Below, one piece after another: positions 31,608 to 41,433 of a stretch of DNA of 64,000 nt. The notes below the pieces were generated by a model. The model was not told where the DNA came from. It did not search any database and saw only the letters and a program-made list of their open reading frames with translations. The translations under genes and the position numbers were made by a program. Location: positions 9,517-73,516 of the forward strand of contig JBDNIW010000014.1 in the NCBI GenBank assembly GCA_041688155.1. The letters run 5' to 3'. Within the stretch, counting starts at the first letter, position 1; each line of letters opens with the position of its first letter. This DNA is from Minisyncoccota bacterium (GTDB lineage Bacteria; Patescibacteriota; Minisyncoccia; Phycocordibacterales; UBA918).

Positions 31608-32339
31608 ATGAACTGGATATTTTATATTGTAGGAGCAGTACTGTTGGTTGTGGTTGTAGTTATGACTGCCAATGGCTGGTGGCGGTACGTTTTGACTGGG
31701 TATTTGATTGTGCGGGTGACGCCGTACGAGCAGCCGGGTACGGGGGCGGGGAGTATTTTATTTATTGGTGACAGTACTGGGTATGGAACTGGCGCTAGTC
31801 GAGCGAATGAGAGCATCGCCGGCCAGCTTGGGGCCGAGTATCCAGCGTACTTGATCAAGAATGATTCGGTAAACGGACGGACCATCGCTGGCGCGCTCGA
31901 GGCGGCTCAAAACCTCTTTGAGTCAAGCTGGTATGACCTGGTGGTATTGCAGATTGGGGCTAACGACCTGATTAGTGGTCGGTCGGCATCGGACATCGTG
32001 TCTGGTATACAGGAGTTGATTGCCGCCATCGAGCCGCACGCTGGTCATATTATTATTATCGCCTCGGGCAACGTGGGAGCGACGCCAGTGTTTACCGGTA
32101 CAGAGGCAGAAGAGTTGACCGATACGTCACGGCAGTTTGATCAACAGATGACAGCGCTGGCCCAGGGGTCTCAAACTGTATCGTTTATCTCATTGTTTGA
32201 CGAGCCGGAGGATGATCCGTTTGCGTACACCGATGGTGTCTACACTGCGATTGACGGACTACATCCAACCAGTGCTGGGTACAAAGTGTGGTATGACAAA
32301 GCCAAACCAGCCTTTGCGGCAGCGTTAAAGCAACAGTAG
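31608..32339 (+). CDS. SGNH/GDSL hydrolase
   Basis: IGDSTGYG, IGAND, DGLHP. Confidence 0.9.
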   Translation: MNWIFYIVGAVLLVVVVVMTANGWWRYVLTGYLIVRVTPYEQPGTGAGSILFIGDSTGYGTGASRANESIAGQLGAEYPAYLIKNDSVNGRTIAGALEAAQNLFESSWYDLVVLQIGANDLISGRSASDIVSGIQELIAAIEPHAGHIIIIASGNVGATPVFTGTEAEELTDTSRQFDQQMTALAQGSQTVSFISLFDEPEDDPFAYTDGVYTAIDGLHPTSAGYKVWYDKAKPAFAAALKQQ

Positions 32340-32357
32340 TCTGCTACAATTACCAGT

Positions 32358-32546
32358 ATGAAAACAATTACTTGTATTGATTGCGAGCAACGGTTTGGTG
32401 GTGAGACAGCTGAAGCCATCATGGAAGATATGATGATGCACTACCTCAACGACCACGGCGACATCATGGATGCCCGGACTGAGGAGCTCAGAGATGGTTG
32501 GTTCATCGAATTCAACCAACGCTTTGATCTAGCTTCAGAAGAATAG
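32358..32546 (+). CDS. Small DUF1059-like metal-binding protein
   Basis: MKTITC..C...F.GET..E....MM.H...H. Confidence 0.65.
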   Translation: MKTITCIDCEQRFGGETAEAIMEDMMMHYLNDHGDIMDARTEELRDGWFIEFNQRFDLASEE

Positions 32547-32588
32547 AAAAACAGCGGACCTATTTGGTCCGCCGTTGTTGTGTGTCTG

Positions 32589-32981
32589 TTACCTTGCTCT
32601 GACTGGTATTTCCATTAGTTGTGCCATTTGTTGCAACAAATGGCTGAGTTGAAGGGCCTTTTTCCGGTCTTTCTGAGCTTTCACTAGACAGTCTGCCAAT
32701 AGAGCTTGAGCCCGGAGGGCTTGCTCGAGCACCTCTGCTCCCAGTCCAGCGTCAGAGGCTCGTGAGACCAATGCACTGAGCATATGTTTAGTGTCACCTT
32801 GCCACCAGGCCGCCTGACAATCAAAATGCGCACGACCAAACCAGTTGCCTCGAGCTTGTTGTCCGGTATGGTAGTTGTGATACAACTCACCGCGGTCGAT
32901 AGTACCACCACAGTTAGAACAAGTGTACCTTTTGCGAGCTTTCACTTCGCGTCCGTCACCGTCACTTCGATATTGAGCCAT
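32589..32981 (-). CDS. Hypothetical protein with N-terminal zinc-finger-like motif
   Basis: ARKRYTCSNCGGTI.RGE.Y...HFDC. Confidence 0.6.
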   Translation of the reverse strand: MAQYRSDGDGREVKARKRYTCSNCGGTIDRGELYHNYHTGQQARGNWFGRAHFDCQAAWWQGDTKHMLSALVSRASDAGLGAEVLEQALRAQALLADCLVKAQKDRKKALQLSHLLQQMAQLMEIPVRAR

Positions 32982-33252
32982 ATTGTTTCCTTTGTGCTAT
33001 GCAACCAATACAATGCAATATTGTGAGAATTATGCAAGTTTTGAGTTTGTTATACCGAGCTAGGCCTTCCACCACGGAAAGAAATCACTGATTTTGTACC
33101 TATTGATCCACCGCAAAACCCTGAATATTGGAAGACATCTGCAGCCAATCAGCAGAAGTCGCAGCCTAATAGTGCGGATGCCTCCTGTTACTCTCCTTGA
33201 TTAACAAAACTAAAGCGCCCCTAGTGGGGCGCTTTTCTATCCAGGTAGGTTC

Positions 33253-33963
33253 TTATTTTATACTGAGCGCTTTCAGGAACACCTGTAGCTCACCTTCGTC
33301 TAGCTTGCGGTACTGGTTGGGTTTTAGTTTGCCTAGTTCGATGTTCATCACGCGGATGCGTTTGAGGGACTGGATTTGGTACCCGAGCGCTGCACACATG
33401 CGTCTGATTTGGTGTTTCTTTCCTTCGGTTATGACTAAACTGAAGCGTTTGTCATTCTTTGGGTTGGCTGTAATGGTGGCTGGCTTGGTGCGGTACCCTT
33501 CGATATCAACACCGGCTTCCATCGCTCGCCTAAACATACTAGAAATTGGTTTGTCTACCAGGACGTCGTACTCTTTCTCTTTTTCGCTTTCTGGATCAAG
33601 CATGGGGCCAGTAATGCGGCCGTCGTTGCTGAGGATCATAAGGCCTTCGGAGTCTTTGTCCAGGCGACCAATCGGGTTGACGTGGGTCAAACCATAGTCC
33701 TTGGCGAGTCTGGTGGCGATGTCGATCTCACCCGCAGCTGGTGAGTGCGTGATGACACCACGGCCTTTGTAGTAGGCGTAGTAGGACTTTGATTTGGTTT
33801 TACCCAGCACGCTGACTTTGTCGCCGTCGTTCACTGGTTGACCCATGATTGCCTTGGCGCCATTAATCTGCACCTTGCCGTTGGTAATCAGCTCATCTGC
33901 TTCGCGGCGCGAAGCGACCCCGGTGTGGGCGAGGTATTTGTTTAGTCGGATAGGGAATTCCAT
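33253..33963 (-). CDS. RsuA/RluB/RluF-family rRNA pseudouridine synthase
   Basis: RLNKYLA..G.ASRREAD S4 domain, GRLDKDSEGL, EGKKHQIRRM. Confidence 0.95.
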   Translation of the reverse strand: MEFPIRLNKYLAHTGVASRREADELITNGKVQINGAKAIMGQPVNDGDKVSVLGKTKSKSYYAYYKGRGVITHSPAAGEIDIATRLAKDYGLTHVNPIGRLDKDSEGLMILSNDGRITGPMLDPESEKEKEYDVLVDKPISSMFRRAMEAGVDIEGYRTKPATITANPKNDKRFSLVITEGKKHQIRRMCAALGYQIQSLKRIRVMNIELGKLKPNQYRKLDEGELQVFLKALSIK

Positions 33964-34002
33964 AGATAGCAACTATGCCATAAAAACCCTTAAACTGCAA
34001 TG

Positions 34003-34476
34003 TTAGCTGGCCTGCAGGATGGCGGTCTCTAGCTCATTGAGTTGGTTCTCGTGCACAGTCGTGCGGCGCTCACCGACCCAGTAGGGGATTTTGGTAAATG
34101 ATGCGGTTAGGTCGCTGGTGAGTGGTCCGCTGAGGGTGGCAATAATCAGCAAAGTAAACGAAGCTTGCTCGTCAGCGTCGATGGTGTACCGCTCGCCAAC
34201 AACTGGCTGGTTGCTCAGGAGAACAGCGTTGGTGACCATCACGTCCGCTCCAGTCAAAGCGTATCCCAGCACATCCACCCGGTCAAAATACCCAACTGTG
34301 CTACTAGCCATAATCGGCAGCTGGTAGTCATCACCGGCGGCGGTGAACCCAAAATTAAGGGTAAATAAAACCGTCGTGTCGTTGAGTTGTATGGCAGTTG
34401 CAGCGTCAACCTGGTTCGGCGTAAGCCAAACCGCAGTGATAACTAACAAGGCCACTAGAATCGTTGGTGTTTTCAT
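34003..34476 (-). CDS. Secreted hypothetical protein
   Basis: Signal peptide ending VDA; beta-rich body. Confidence 0.7.
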   Translation of the reverse strand: MKTPTILVALLVITAVWLTPNQVDAATAIQLNDTTVLFTLNFGFTAAGDDYQLPIMASSTVGYFDRVDVLGYALTGADVMVTNAVLLSNQPVVGERYTIDADEQASFTLLIIATLSGPLTSDLTASFTKIPYWVGERRTTVHENQLNELETAILQAS

Positions 34477-34496
34477 GTCACTATTGTACAAGTAAC

Positions 34497-35072
34497 ATGA
34501 CAGACGAACAAGTGACAGACGAAGTGGTCGTAAAACAAGCCCTGCAAGACAAGGAGCAGTTTGGCGTACTCATGGATCGCTACGAAGCCAAACTCCGTCG
34601 CTACATCGCGCGGCTTGGCGTCCGCAACCCTGACGACCAACTCGACGTGCTGCAGGACATCTTTATCAAGGTGTACCGCAACCTCAATGGGTTTGATCCC
34701 AAACTTAAGTTCTCCTCGTGGATCTACCGCATCGCCCACAACGAAGCCATTAGTGCGTACCGTAAGAAAAACGTCCGCCCCGAGGGGCACTTGGTCGCTG
34801 ATAGTGAAGAAATATTATCGTTTGTGTCGGGATCACTCGAGACAGCCGACGCTGCGTTTGATAAAACCATCAATGCCGACGAGGTTAATGCTGCACTACT
34901 CAAGTTAGATCCTAAATACCGCCAGGTGTTATTGCTGCAGTTTTTTGAACACAAAGAGTACGACGAGATATCAGATATTCTCCAAATCCCCATCGGCTCG
35001 GTCGGCACCCTGATTCATCGCGGCAAAAAACAGTTGGCCACTGTCATAAACGCTGACCATGTACGTATATAG
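34497..35072 (+). CDS. ECF sigma-70 factor
   Basis: D..QD.FIKVY..L..FD...KFSSWIYRIAHN region 2; EY.EI..IL..P.GSV.T..HRG region 4. Confidence 0.92.
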   Translation: MTDEQVTDEVVVKQALQDKEQFGVLMDRYEAKLRRYIARLGVRNPDDQLDVLQDIFIKVYRNLNGFDPKLKFSSWIYRIAHNEAISAYRKKNVRPEGHLVADSEEILSFVSGSLETADAAFDKTINADEVNAALLKLDPKYRQVLLLQFFEHKEYDEISDILQIPIGSVGTLIHRGKKQLATVINADHVRI

Positions 35073-35074
35073 TT

Positions 35075-36022
35075 ATGAAACTAGACATGCAACCAACTCC
35101 GCCACAACCACCAGCATCAACCTCAATCAGAGATCGAGTATTTTGTGCGATTGCTGACCAAAAAGTCGAACCCCGACCTGGTTACGTATTTTGGTGTCAA
35201 AACAGCGCTATGTGGCTGATATGGCTACTGACCGTACTATTGGGAGCATTGGCGACCGCGGTGTTGCTGTTCACCTCGACCTACCGCTACTACGATATAT
35301 ATGAAGCAATGCACGATAATTTTGTGACGTTTTTCTTGCAAGCACTGCCGCTTTTGTGGATTGTAGCGTTTGTGGTACTGATGCTGGTAGCGATGCGTGG
35401 CCTGCGGGCTACCCGGCGGGGCTACCGTCTGTCACCAGTACTGGTTGGTGGGTCGAGTGTGGGTGTGAGTGTGTTGCTTGGGCTACTTGCGAGCACGCTG
35501 GGGTTTGGGTTCGTGGTTGACCGGGCGCTCGGAGAACATGCTCCGATGTACCGCTCACTAGCGGAGCAAGAGCAGCAAATGTGGCAACAACCTGACCAAG
35601 GGCGGCTGGTTGGACAAGCAGCCAGGGTCGAGACCCGTGAACAAATGACCGTCCAGTTTGTTGACAGTGCCGGTGTCGCTTGGAATCTAGACATTCAAGA
35701 GCTACGCCCCCAAGATCACCTGCTCCTGGAGTCAGCCCAGCGGGTGCGAGTATTAGGAATGCGGCTAGAGGGGGAAGCGCCCCGCTTCCACGCCTGTGGC
35801 GTATTCCCCTGGATGGCAGACCAAAACCGTCCGCGGAAAGTGCTCAGTGCCGGTCGCCAGGAATCCGTGGATAAAATGTACGCTCATTCCTACACCCCAG
35901 CCGATCGCCTCGCCGAGTTTGAACAACTAGCTTTTGCTGATGCCCGAGCCGATACTGTCCCCAGTATGAAAATCTGCGCGTCCATTGCAGCAGTGAAGCG
36001 CATAACCGAGCAGATGCAGTAG
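35075..36022 (+). CDS. Membrane protein, putative anti-sigma factor
   Basis: 2 nt after the sigma gene; 3 TM helices, T.RGYR motif, extracytoplasmic domain with Cys pair. Confidence 0.65.
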   Translation: MKLDMQPTPPQPPASTSIRDRVFCAIADQKVEPRPGYVFWCQNSAMWLIWLLTVLLGALATAVLLFTSTYRYYDIYEAMHDNFVTFFLQALPLLWIVAFVVLMLVAMRGLRATRRGYRLSPVLVGGSSVGVSVLLGLLASTLGFGFVVDRALGEHAPMYRSLAEQEQQMWQQPDQGRLVGQAARVETREQMTVQFVDSAGVAWNLDIQELRPQDHLLLESAQRVRVLGMRLEGEAPRFHACGVFPWMADQNRPRKVLSAGRQESVDKMYAHSYTPADRLAEFEQLAFADARADTVPSMKICASIAAVKRITEQMQ

Positions 36023-36032
36023 CACAAACCCC

Positions 36033-36867
36033 ATGAACCAAGGAACTTAAGTCATCGATGACTTAAGTAAATGGTTTGCCTCGGTGTGGTTGGTGCCTTG
36101 GCGGTCGCCATCTCAGTGTTTTTGGTGACTCATCGTCAATATGAGATATATGAAGCCACCCACGAAAATTGGTTTACCTTTATGGTCGAGGTGCTGCCGT
36201 TCATCTGGGTGATTGTCTTTGGCTTAATGGCATTTTTGGCCGTGTACAACATAAAACACACGAAAAGAGGCTATCGCTACTCGATTACAACCGTTTTGGC
36301 CAGTAGTATCGTCTTGAGCTTTGCTGGAGGCTCAGCGCTGCAGTTTTTTGGCCTAGGATACTCAATTGATGAGATTATAGGGGACTAGATGCCGATGTAT
36401 ATGTCACAGGAGAAAATTGAGTATCAATTATGGCAGCAACCTGCCGAAGGAAGACTGATTGATAGGCAGGTAGTAATGACCGTCGCTACGTCCAGTGTGG
36501 TGGTGTTTCAAGATACTACGGGCATAGGTGGAGAATTGAGATACAAGAGCTGTTACCCGCCGATATACAGCTACTAGCCCCGGGCGAGAATGTACGACTA
36601 CTGGGTCAGAACATGAATGAGCAGGCCAAGGTATTTCACGCTTGTGGGGTATTTCCCTGGATGATGCATCGTGAAGTGACTATGCAGCAGATGAGCGAGC
36701 AGCGCGAACCATTCCTCGGCCGGGTGAGAGAAATGGCGCAGTGGACCGAGGGTTCCATTGCTGATTTAGAGAAAGACTTGTTTGCCGACGCTACGGGGAT
36801 TGACGAAAAAACCATGCCCGTATGTGCCAATATCGCCGCCATGCGGCGGGTAAACCAACGCCAGTAG
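36033..36867 (+). pseudogene. Degraded paralog of 35075-36022
   Basis: Shared YE.YEA.H.N..TF, T.RGYR, WQQP..GRL, FHACGVFPWM, CA.IAA; in-frame TAG at 36386, frameshifts, 5' part replaced by a REP. Confidence 0.85.
36045..36068. repeat. REP-like 24-bp perfect palindrome, distal copy
   Basis: ACTTAAGTCATCGATGACTTAAGT, identical at 55405 and 56102. Confidence 0.95.
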
Positions 36868-37042
36868 ATTTTATAGAAGTCTCACCAGAGTGTATCAAGG
36901 TCATGTAGCATCTAAATGTTGTGGCAGGACTTGCAAAGCGGGAAATGTGGAGTATGGTTAGCGTATCAGGGCAACTATTTGCTTCCTGGACAAAGTGGAG
37001 GTAGAACAACTACTACTCTTATACGTATAAATACCCTTATTT

Positions 37043-39643
37043 ATGAATGTACTCAGCCTTACCCAACGAAGAATTTCAGCAAAAATGTTTGCCGGAATAA
37101 TAATGGTGTCCCTATTACTCAGCGCTTTTCCAGCGGCTTTTTTTGTAGCGAATGCGGCTGGGCTCTATAGCTTAGCGAGTGCGCAAGCAACAATGACCAC
37201 TGAGTTCGTCTCAGGTGTCATTGACGCCTCTGGACATAACAATTTGATGCTTTCTTTTAATTACGAAGCTGAATTACTTGATGACCGTGATTCGTTTGAA
37301 TATGGTTGGCGTGCTGGTGCAGGTGACAATGATTTTGCTCCAGCGATACTTGGTGCTGATGAGGGTGGTCCATCCGGAGACGAGACTGGTTTTATATCTG
37401 TACCACTTCCGGCCGGAGCACAGGTAGCAAACCTGGAAGTCTATGTTAGAGCAAGTGTTGACGCTGCAACGGACGTAGTAAATCTTACAAATATTTCAGT
37501 GTCTGGCGATGCTGTAGCTCCAGCAACGGTAAATATCACAAACATCACTGAACTACGTGATGCAATTGAAAACCAAGCTGATGGGCAGACGTGGACTATC
37601 CAAGCTGGAGATTACGGACTAGATCAATCAAGCGCAATCGTTGCCAGTGGCCAAACTGGTTGGTATTTCCCAATCGTAGCTGATGATGTGACTATCAATG
37701 GTGTTGGTAACCCAACTGTTTTTGGAGCAACATATTCAGCAAATGGAGCATTTGCTACGCAAAACCTCATTTCTGTATTTGGCGATAACGTTACAATTAC
37801 CGGTCTGACACTGATGCCAAAAGTAGAGCCGAACAAAACAATAGAAGTCATCGGTGAAGACTTCACTCTTGAAGATGTGGTATTTGCTCCCAACACGAAA
37901 GTGCCTGAATCACTCTATGACAGTATTGCAGACGTGACTGATTGGGAAGACTCGAAACAATGGGGTGGATCGCTCTATTTTAGTCATGAAGGTAACCACG
38001 TTATTAAAAACGTGACTATCAACAATGGTGGTGTCTCATTCCGATACTCTCCATCAGGAACTGATATTACCTTCGACAACGTAGAGATTGTGAACGAAAC
38101 AAACGTTGACTGGATTAACGGCTACCGTTTCAGTTCAGCTTTTAACAATAGCAGTAACTCAACAACTGGTTTACCTCAAGTGACGTATCGTATTAATGAC
38201 ACGCTTGATAATGCAGTTTCAGTGTTTGAGAACGCTCAAGACGGAGATACTGTAGAGTTTGATTCAGATATCACCACCACTCAAGAGTTGGTTGTTGAAA
38301 CAGCTGTGACTATCAATGGTAACGGGTTCACTATCACCCCAGACTTTACTTTAAATGGTGGAAATAACTCAGTATTAGAGATCTTCGATATTGACAGTGT
38401 TGAGGTCAACGACCTAGTTATCGACAGCGGACTTGGAAATACTAAGAATCTGCACGGTATCAACATCTATGAGTCTGATGACGTGACCCTGAACTCAGTT
38501 ATTAGTAAAAACAATGGCAAATCAGGAGTTGTTGTAAATGGCTCAGGAGTCACTGTAGATGATATTACGACTAGTGGAAATGGATGGCACGGAATCAATG
38601 TAGATCAGGGAGGGAATGTGACACAGCAGGCAAAGCTCACGATTAAGGAGACAAGTAGTCATGATGAGTCATGGCATATCTACCTAGATAATGTAAATAA
38701 TGATGTACAAGTAGTTGATGTCGACGGACAGTATGATTATGAAGTGTTTGCTAACCCTAATGACGTGAAGAACGAAGTGGCAAATCCTCGCACCTCTGGC
38801 CTTTACACTCTGAAATCAGCGCAAACTCCAGCAGCACCTACAAGTGATAATCCTAAAGTCGTTGTGACTGACTTGAGTCCCATAACGGTTAATGCTGGCA
38901 GTGTAGCAGGTGCTTCTATTGACTATAGTTCACTCCTTACCGACGACAACAGCACTAAAACTACCGGCACACTCCCCGCAACGACCATCAACTCCGATGT
39001 AGCTAATGTGACGATTCTTGCCGATACGATCGTAACGGGTCCTACAGGATGGGATGGCGTCATTGATTTGCCTAGCGCCGGCTTAAGTGGAGGAACGGCA
39101 CCTTCCGGATTCACTGTCGGTGGTACGGTAATTGAAGTCGGTTCGCCAAGTATTACTCTCAACTTCAACAAAGCAGTAAAAATAACACTACTTGGAGTAA
39201 CAGGTGATGTTGGATACAAGCCCGCAGGTTCAGATACGTGGCAAACGATAGATACGCAGTGCACGAGCGCAACGGATTCTAGCAATATCAGTTCAGGCGA
39301 ATGTTACTTCACAAGTGGTAACAATACAGTCATTTGGACTTACCACTTCACCTCATTTGGTGGACTGAATCCTGTGCTCACGTCGAGTGGAGGTGGTAGT
39401 GGTGGTTCCTCAAGTGGTACTCGAATACGAGACAGAGTTGAACCAACTCCCTTAGTACTCGGAGTCACAGATTCTTTGTTACCAACTGATGAGGAGCTCA
39501 CAGGTGTTCTCACTAGTGTCAGTGGGATATTGGCTGGTATCCAGTCGGGTTATGAAGCTGGAGACATCTCAGATGAAGATGCTACAAAGCTTGTTGCCCA
39601 ACTGAGTGAAATTCTCACAATTCTATTGGGACTGTACCAATAA
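37043..39643 (+). CDS. Large secreted surface protein with right-handed beta-helix repeats
   Basis: Signal peptide; HGINI/SGVVV/HGINV beta-helix turns; Gly/Ser linker and amphipathic C-terminal helix. Confidence 0.8.
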   Translation: MNVLSLTQRRISAKMFAGIIMVSLLLSAFPAAFFVANAAGLYSLASAQATMTTEFVSGVIDASGHNNLMLSFNYEAELLDDRDSFEYGWRAGAGDNDFAPAILGADEGGPSGDETGFISVPLPAGAQVANLEVYVRASVDAATDVVNLTNISVSGDAVAPATVNITNITELRDAIENQADGQTWTIQAGDYGLDQSSAIVASGQTGWYFPIVADDVTINGVGNPTVFGATYSANGAFATQNLISVFGDNVTITGLTLMPKVEPNKTIEVIGEDFTLEDVVFAPNTKVPESLYDSIADVTDWEDSKQWGGSLYFSHEGNHVIKNVTINNGGVSFRYSPSGTDITFDNVEIVNETNVDWINGYRFSSAFNNSSNSTTGLPQVTYRINDTLDNAVSVFENAQDGDTVEFDSDITTTQELVVETAVTINGNGFTITPDFTLNGGNNSVLEIFDIDSVEVNDLVIDSGLGNTKNLHGINIYESDDVTLNSVISKNNGKSGVVVNGSGVTVDDITTSGNGWHGINVDQGGNVTQQAKLTIKETSSHDESWHIYLDNVNNDVQVVDVDGQYDYEVFANPNDVKNEVANPRTSGLYTLKSAQTPAAPTSDNPKVVVTDLSPITVNAGSVAGASIDYSSLLTDDNSTKTTGTLPATTINSDVANVTILADTIVTGPTGWDGVIDLPSAGLSGGTAPSGFTVGGTVIEVGSPSITLNFNKAVKITLLGVTGDVGYKPAGSDTWQTIDTQCTSATDSSNISSGECYFTSGNNTVIWTYHFTSFGGLNPVLTSSGGGSGGSSSGTRIRDRVEPTPLVLGVTDSLLPTDEELTGVLTSVSGILAGIQSGYEAGDISDEDATKLVAQLSEILTILLGLYQ

Positions 39644-39798
39644 ACAAAATAACAGTTTTGTGTACTTAAAAATCCGCCTCTCTTGCGGGTTTTTTTGTTT
39701 TTGTAATTACTATATTTTTAACTACAAAATAAATAACACTCAGGAGGGTCTTTTGTTTTGGGTTTGTCGAAAAAAATCTAGTATACTACTAACTATAT

Positions 39799-40941
39799 AT
39801 GCAACTATTCGCGCAATCCGGGTCACGTCAGCTTGATCCAGTCCAGCGGTTTTCGATGTTGCTGATGTCAGTGCTGGTATTGTTGACGTTTGTTGGGACC
39901 AACATGCAGGCGTTACTGTGGCAGTCGTCTGACTGGTTGGTGTCAACGGTGCTGCCAGCGGTGGTGATTGATCTGACTAATAATGAACGACTGGACAACG
40001 CTCGTCCGCAGCTCTCTCGTAACACCATACTCGATCAGGCGGCCACCGCCAAAGCCCAGCATATGGCTGACAATGAGTATTTTGCTCATTTTGCCCCTGA
40101 CGGCACAACGCCGTGGGAATTCTTCCAGTCTGCTGGCTATGTCTATGCCCACGCGGGTGAGAACCTCGCTATCCACTTTACCGACTCGGCCGAAGTGGTC
40201 GAGGCCTGGATGTTGTCACCAGCACACCGGAAAAACATCGTTGACCCCAAATTCCGGGAAATCGGCGTTGGTACGGCGCGCGGGACATTTGACGGCTATG
40301 ACACGGTGTACGTGGTGCAGCTGTTTGGGACACCAGCGGCAACTCCAACTCCAACTCTACCAGTAGTAGTGTCCGCACCAGCCCCAGTGGTCGTCGCTGC
40401 GCTGCCAGCCCCGGTTGGTATACTCCCGGTTGAGCCGGTGGCGGTCCTAGAACCAGTATCGGACGTGGTGCTTGATAGTAGCGAGCCGACCACTATCGCT
40501 GACGGAGTAGTACTCGCCGAGGCTGACCCAGTGGTGCGGCGTAGCACGCTCGAACCAACCGAAATCCTCCCGGCACCAGTTGAAACTGCAATAGTACCAC
40601 CAGTTGACCCAGTGCTGATAACCACCGTGACAGAGCGGGGTGTGTTGGTGGAAACACAGCTAGCGACCTCGTCCGGGCTGGCGGTGGCCACTATGGTTGA
40701 AGCATCATCGTCCCACGCTGGTGCGACGATGGCGTCTATTGTGACCCGACCGAACTTGGTGCTGCAGATTCTGTACGGAATGGTGGCGTCGCTGATTGTG
40801 GTGTCGCTGCTGTACGCACTGATTGTCGACGTCAGGCGCCTGCACTACGTGCAGGTTAGCTACAGTTTATTGCTGCTGGTAGTTATGGGTGGGTTGTGGT
40901 TCCTGCACACGTCACTTACCAGCGGAGCAGTAATCGTGTAG
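39799..40941 (+). CDS. CAP (SCP) domain membrane protein
   Basis: LTNNER, AKAQHM..YFAH, AGENLA, AWMLSP.HRKNI, EIGVG, VVQLFG. Confidence 0.9.
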   Translation: MQLFAQSGSRQLDPVQRFSMLLMSVLVLLTFVGTNMQALLWQSSDWLVSTVLPAVVIDLTNNERLDNARPQLSRNTILDQAATAKAQHMADNEYFAHFAPDGTTPWEFFQSAGYVYAHAGENLAIHFTDSAEVVEAWMLSPAHRKNIVDPKFREIGVGTARGTFDGYDTVYVVQLFGTPAATPTPTLPVVVSAPAPVVVAALPAPVGILPVEPVAVLEPVSDVVLDSSEPTTIADGVVLAEADPVVRRSTLEPTEILPAPVETAIVPPVDPVLITTVTERGVLVETQLATSSGLAVATMVEASSSHAGATMASIVTRPNLVLQILYGMVASLIVVSLLYALIVDVRRLHYVQVSYSLLLLVVMGGLWFLHTSLTSGAVIV

Positions 40942-40954
40942 TATCAGCCTATAT

Positions 40955-41392
40955 ATGTCAGACACCATTATTACCGCCATCTCACCGGCGGCCGAGAGTA
41001 CAGTCAAGCAGTTGGCACCGCTCTATCAGTCGCAGCCAGCGGCCGGGTTTCCGTCGCCGGGTGATGATCTGGTCGAGCAGCCGCTTGACCTGAATGACCT
41101 GATGATCGACAACCCGACGGCGACGTTTTTTGTCCGGGTGTCCGGTGACTCGATGGAAGGAGCTCGGATATTTGCCGGTGACGTGCTGGTGGTGGATCGC
41201 TCGATTGAGGCTCGAGCGGGGATGATTGTCGTGGCTGCTGTCTACGGTGAACTGGTCGTCAAACGACTACAAAAAACCGCCACCGGCCTGGCTCTTTGCT
41301 CAGAACAAGCAGGATATGAGCCGATTTTGATCGATGACACTGAGGGGTGTTTTATCTGGGGTGTGGCCACCGGCAGTGCACGGGTGTTCTAG
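40955..41392 (+). CDS. umuD: UmuD (S24 autoproteolytic subunit of Pol V)
   Basis: AAGFPSP cleavage site, GDSM Ser, VKRL Lys. Confidence 0.92.
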   Translation: MSDTIITAISPAAESTVKQLAPLYQSQPAAGFPSPGDDLVEQPLDLNDLMIDNPTATFFVRVSGDSMEGARIFAGDVLVVDRSIEARAGMIVVAAVYGELVVKRLQKTATGLALCSEQAGYEPILIDDTEGCFIWGVATGSARVF

Positions 41393-41433
41393 GTGGACTG
41401 AAAGAAAGCCTCAGCGGCAACGTCATAAGCAGT

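Noticed and set aside
33045-33200. Open frame VCYTELGLPPRKEITDFVPIDPP.. between convergent regions
   Set aside because: No start codon or recognisable homology; at most a remnant
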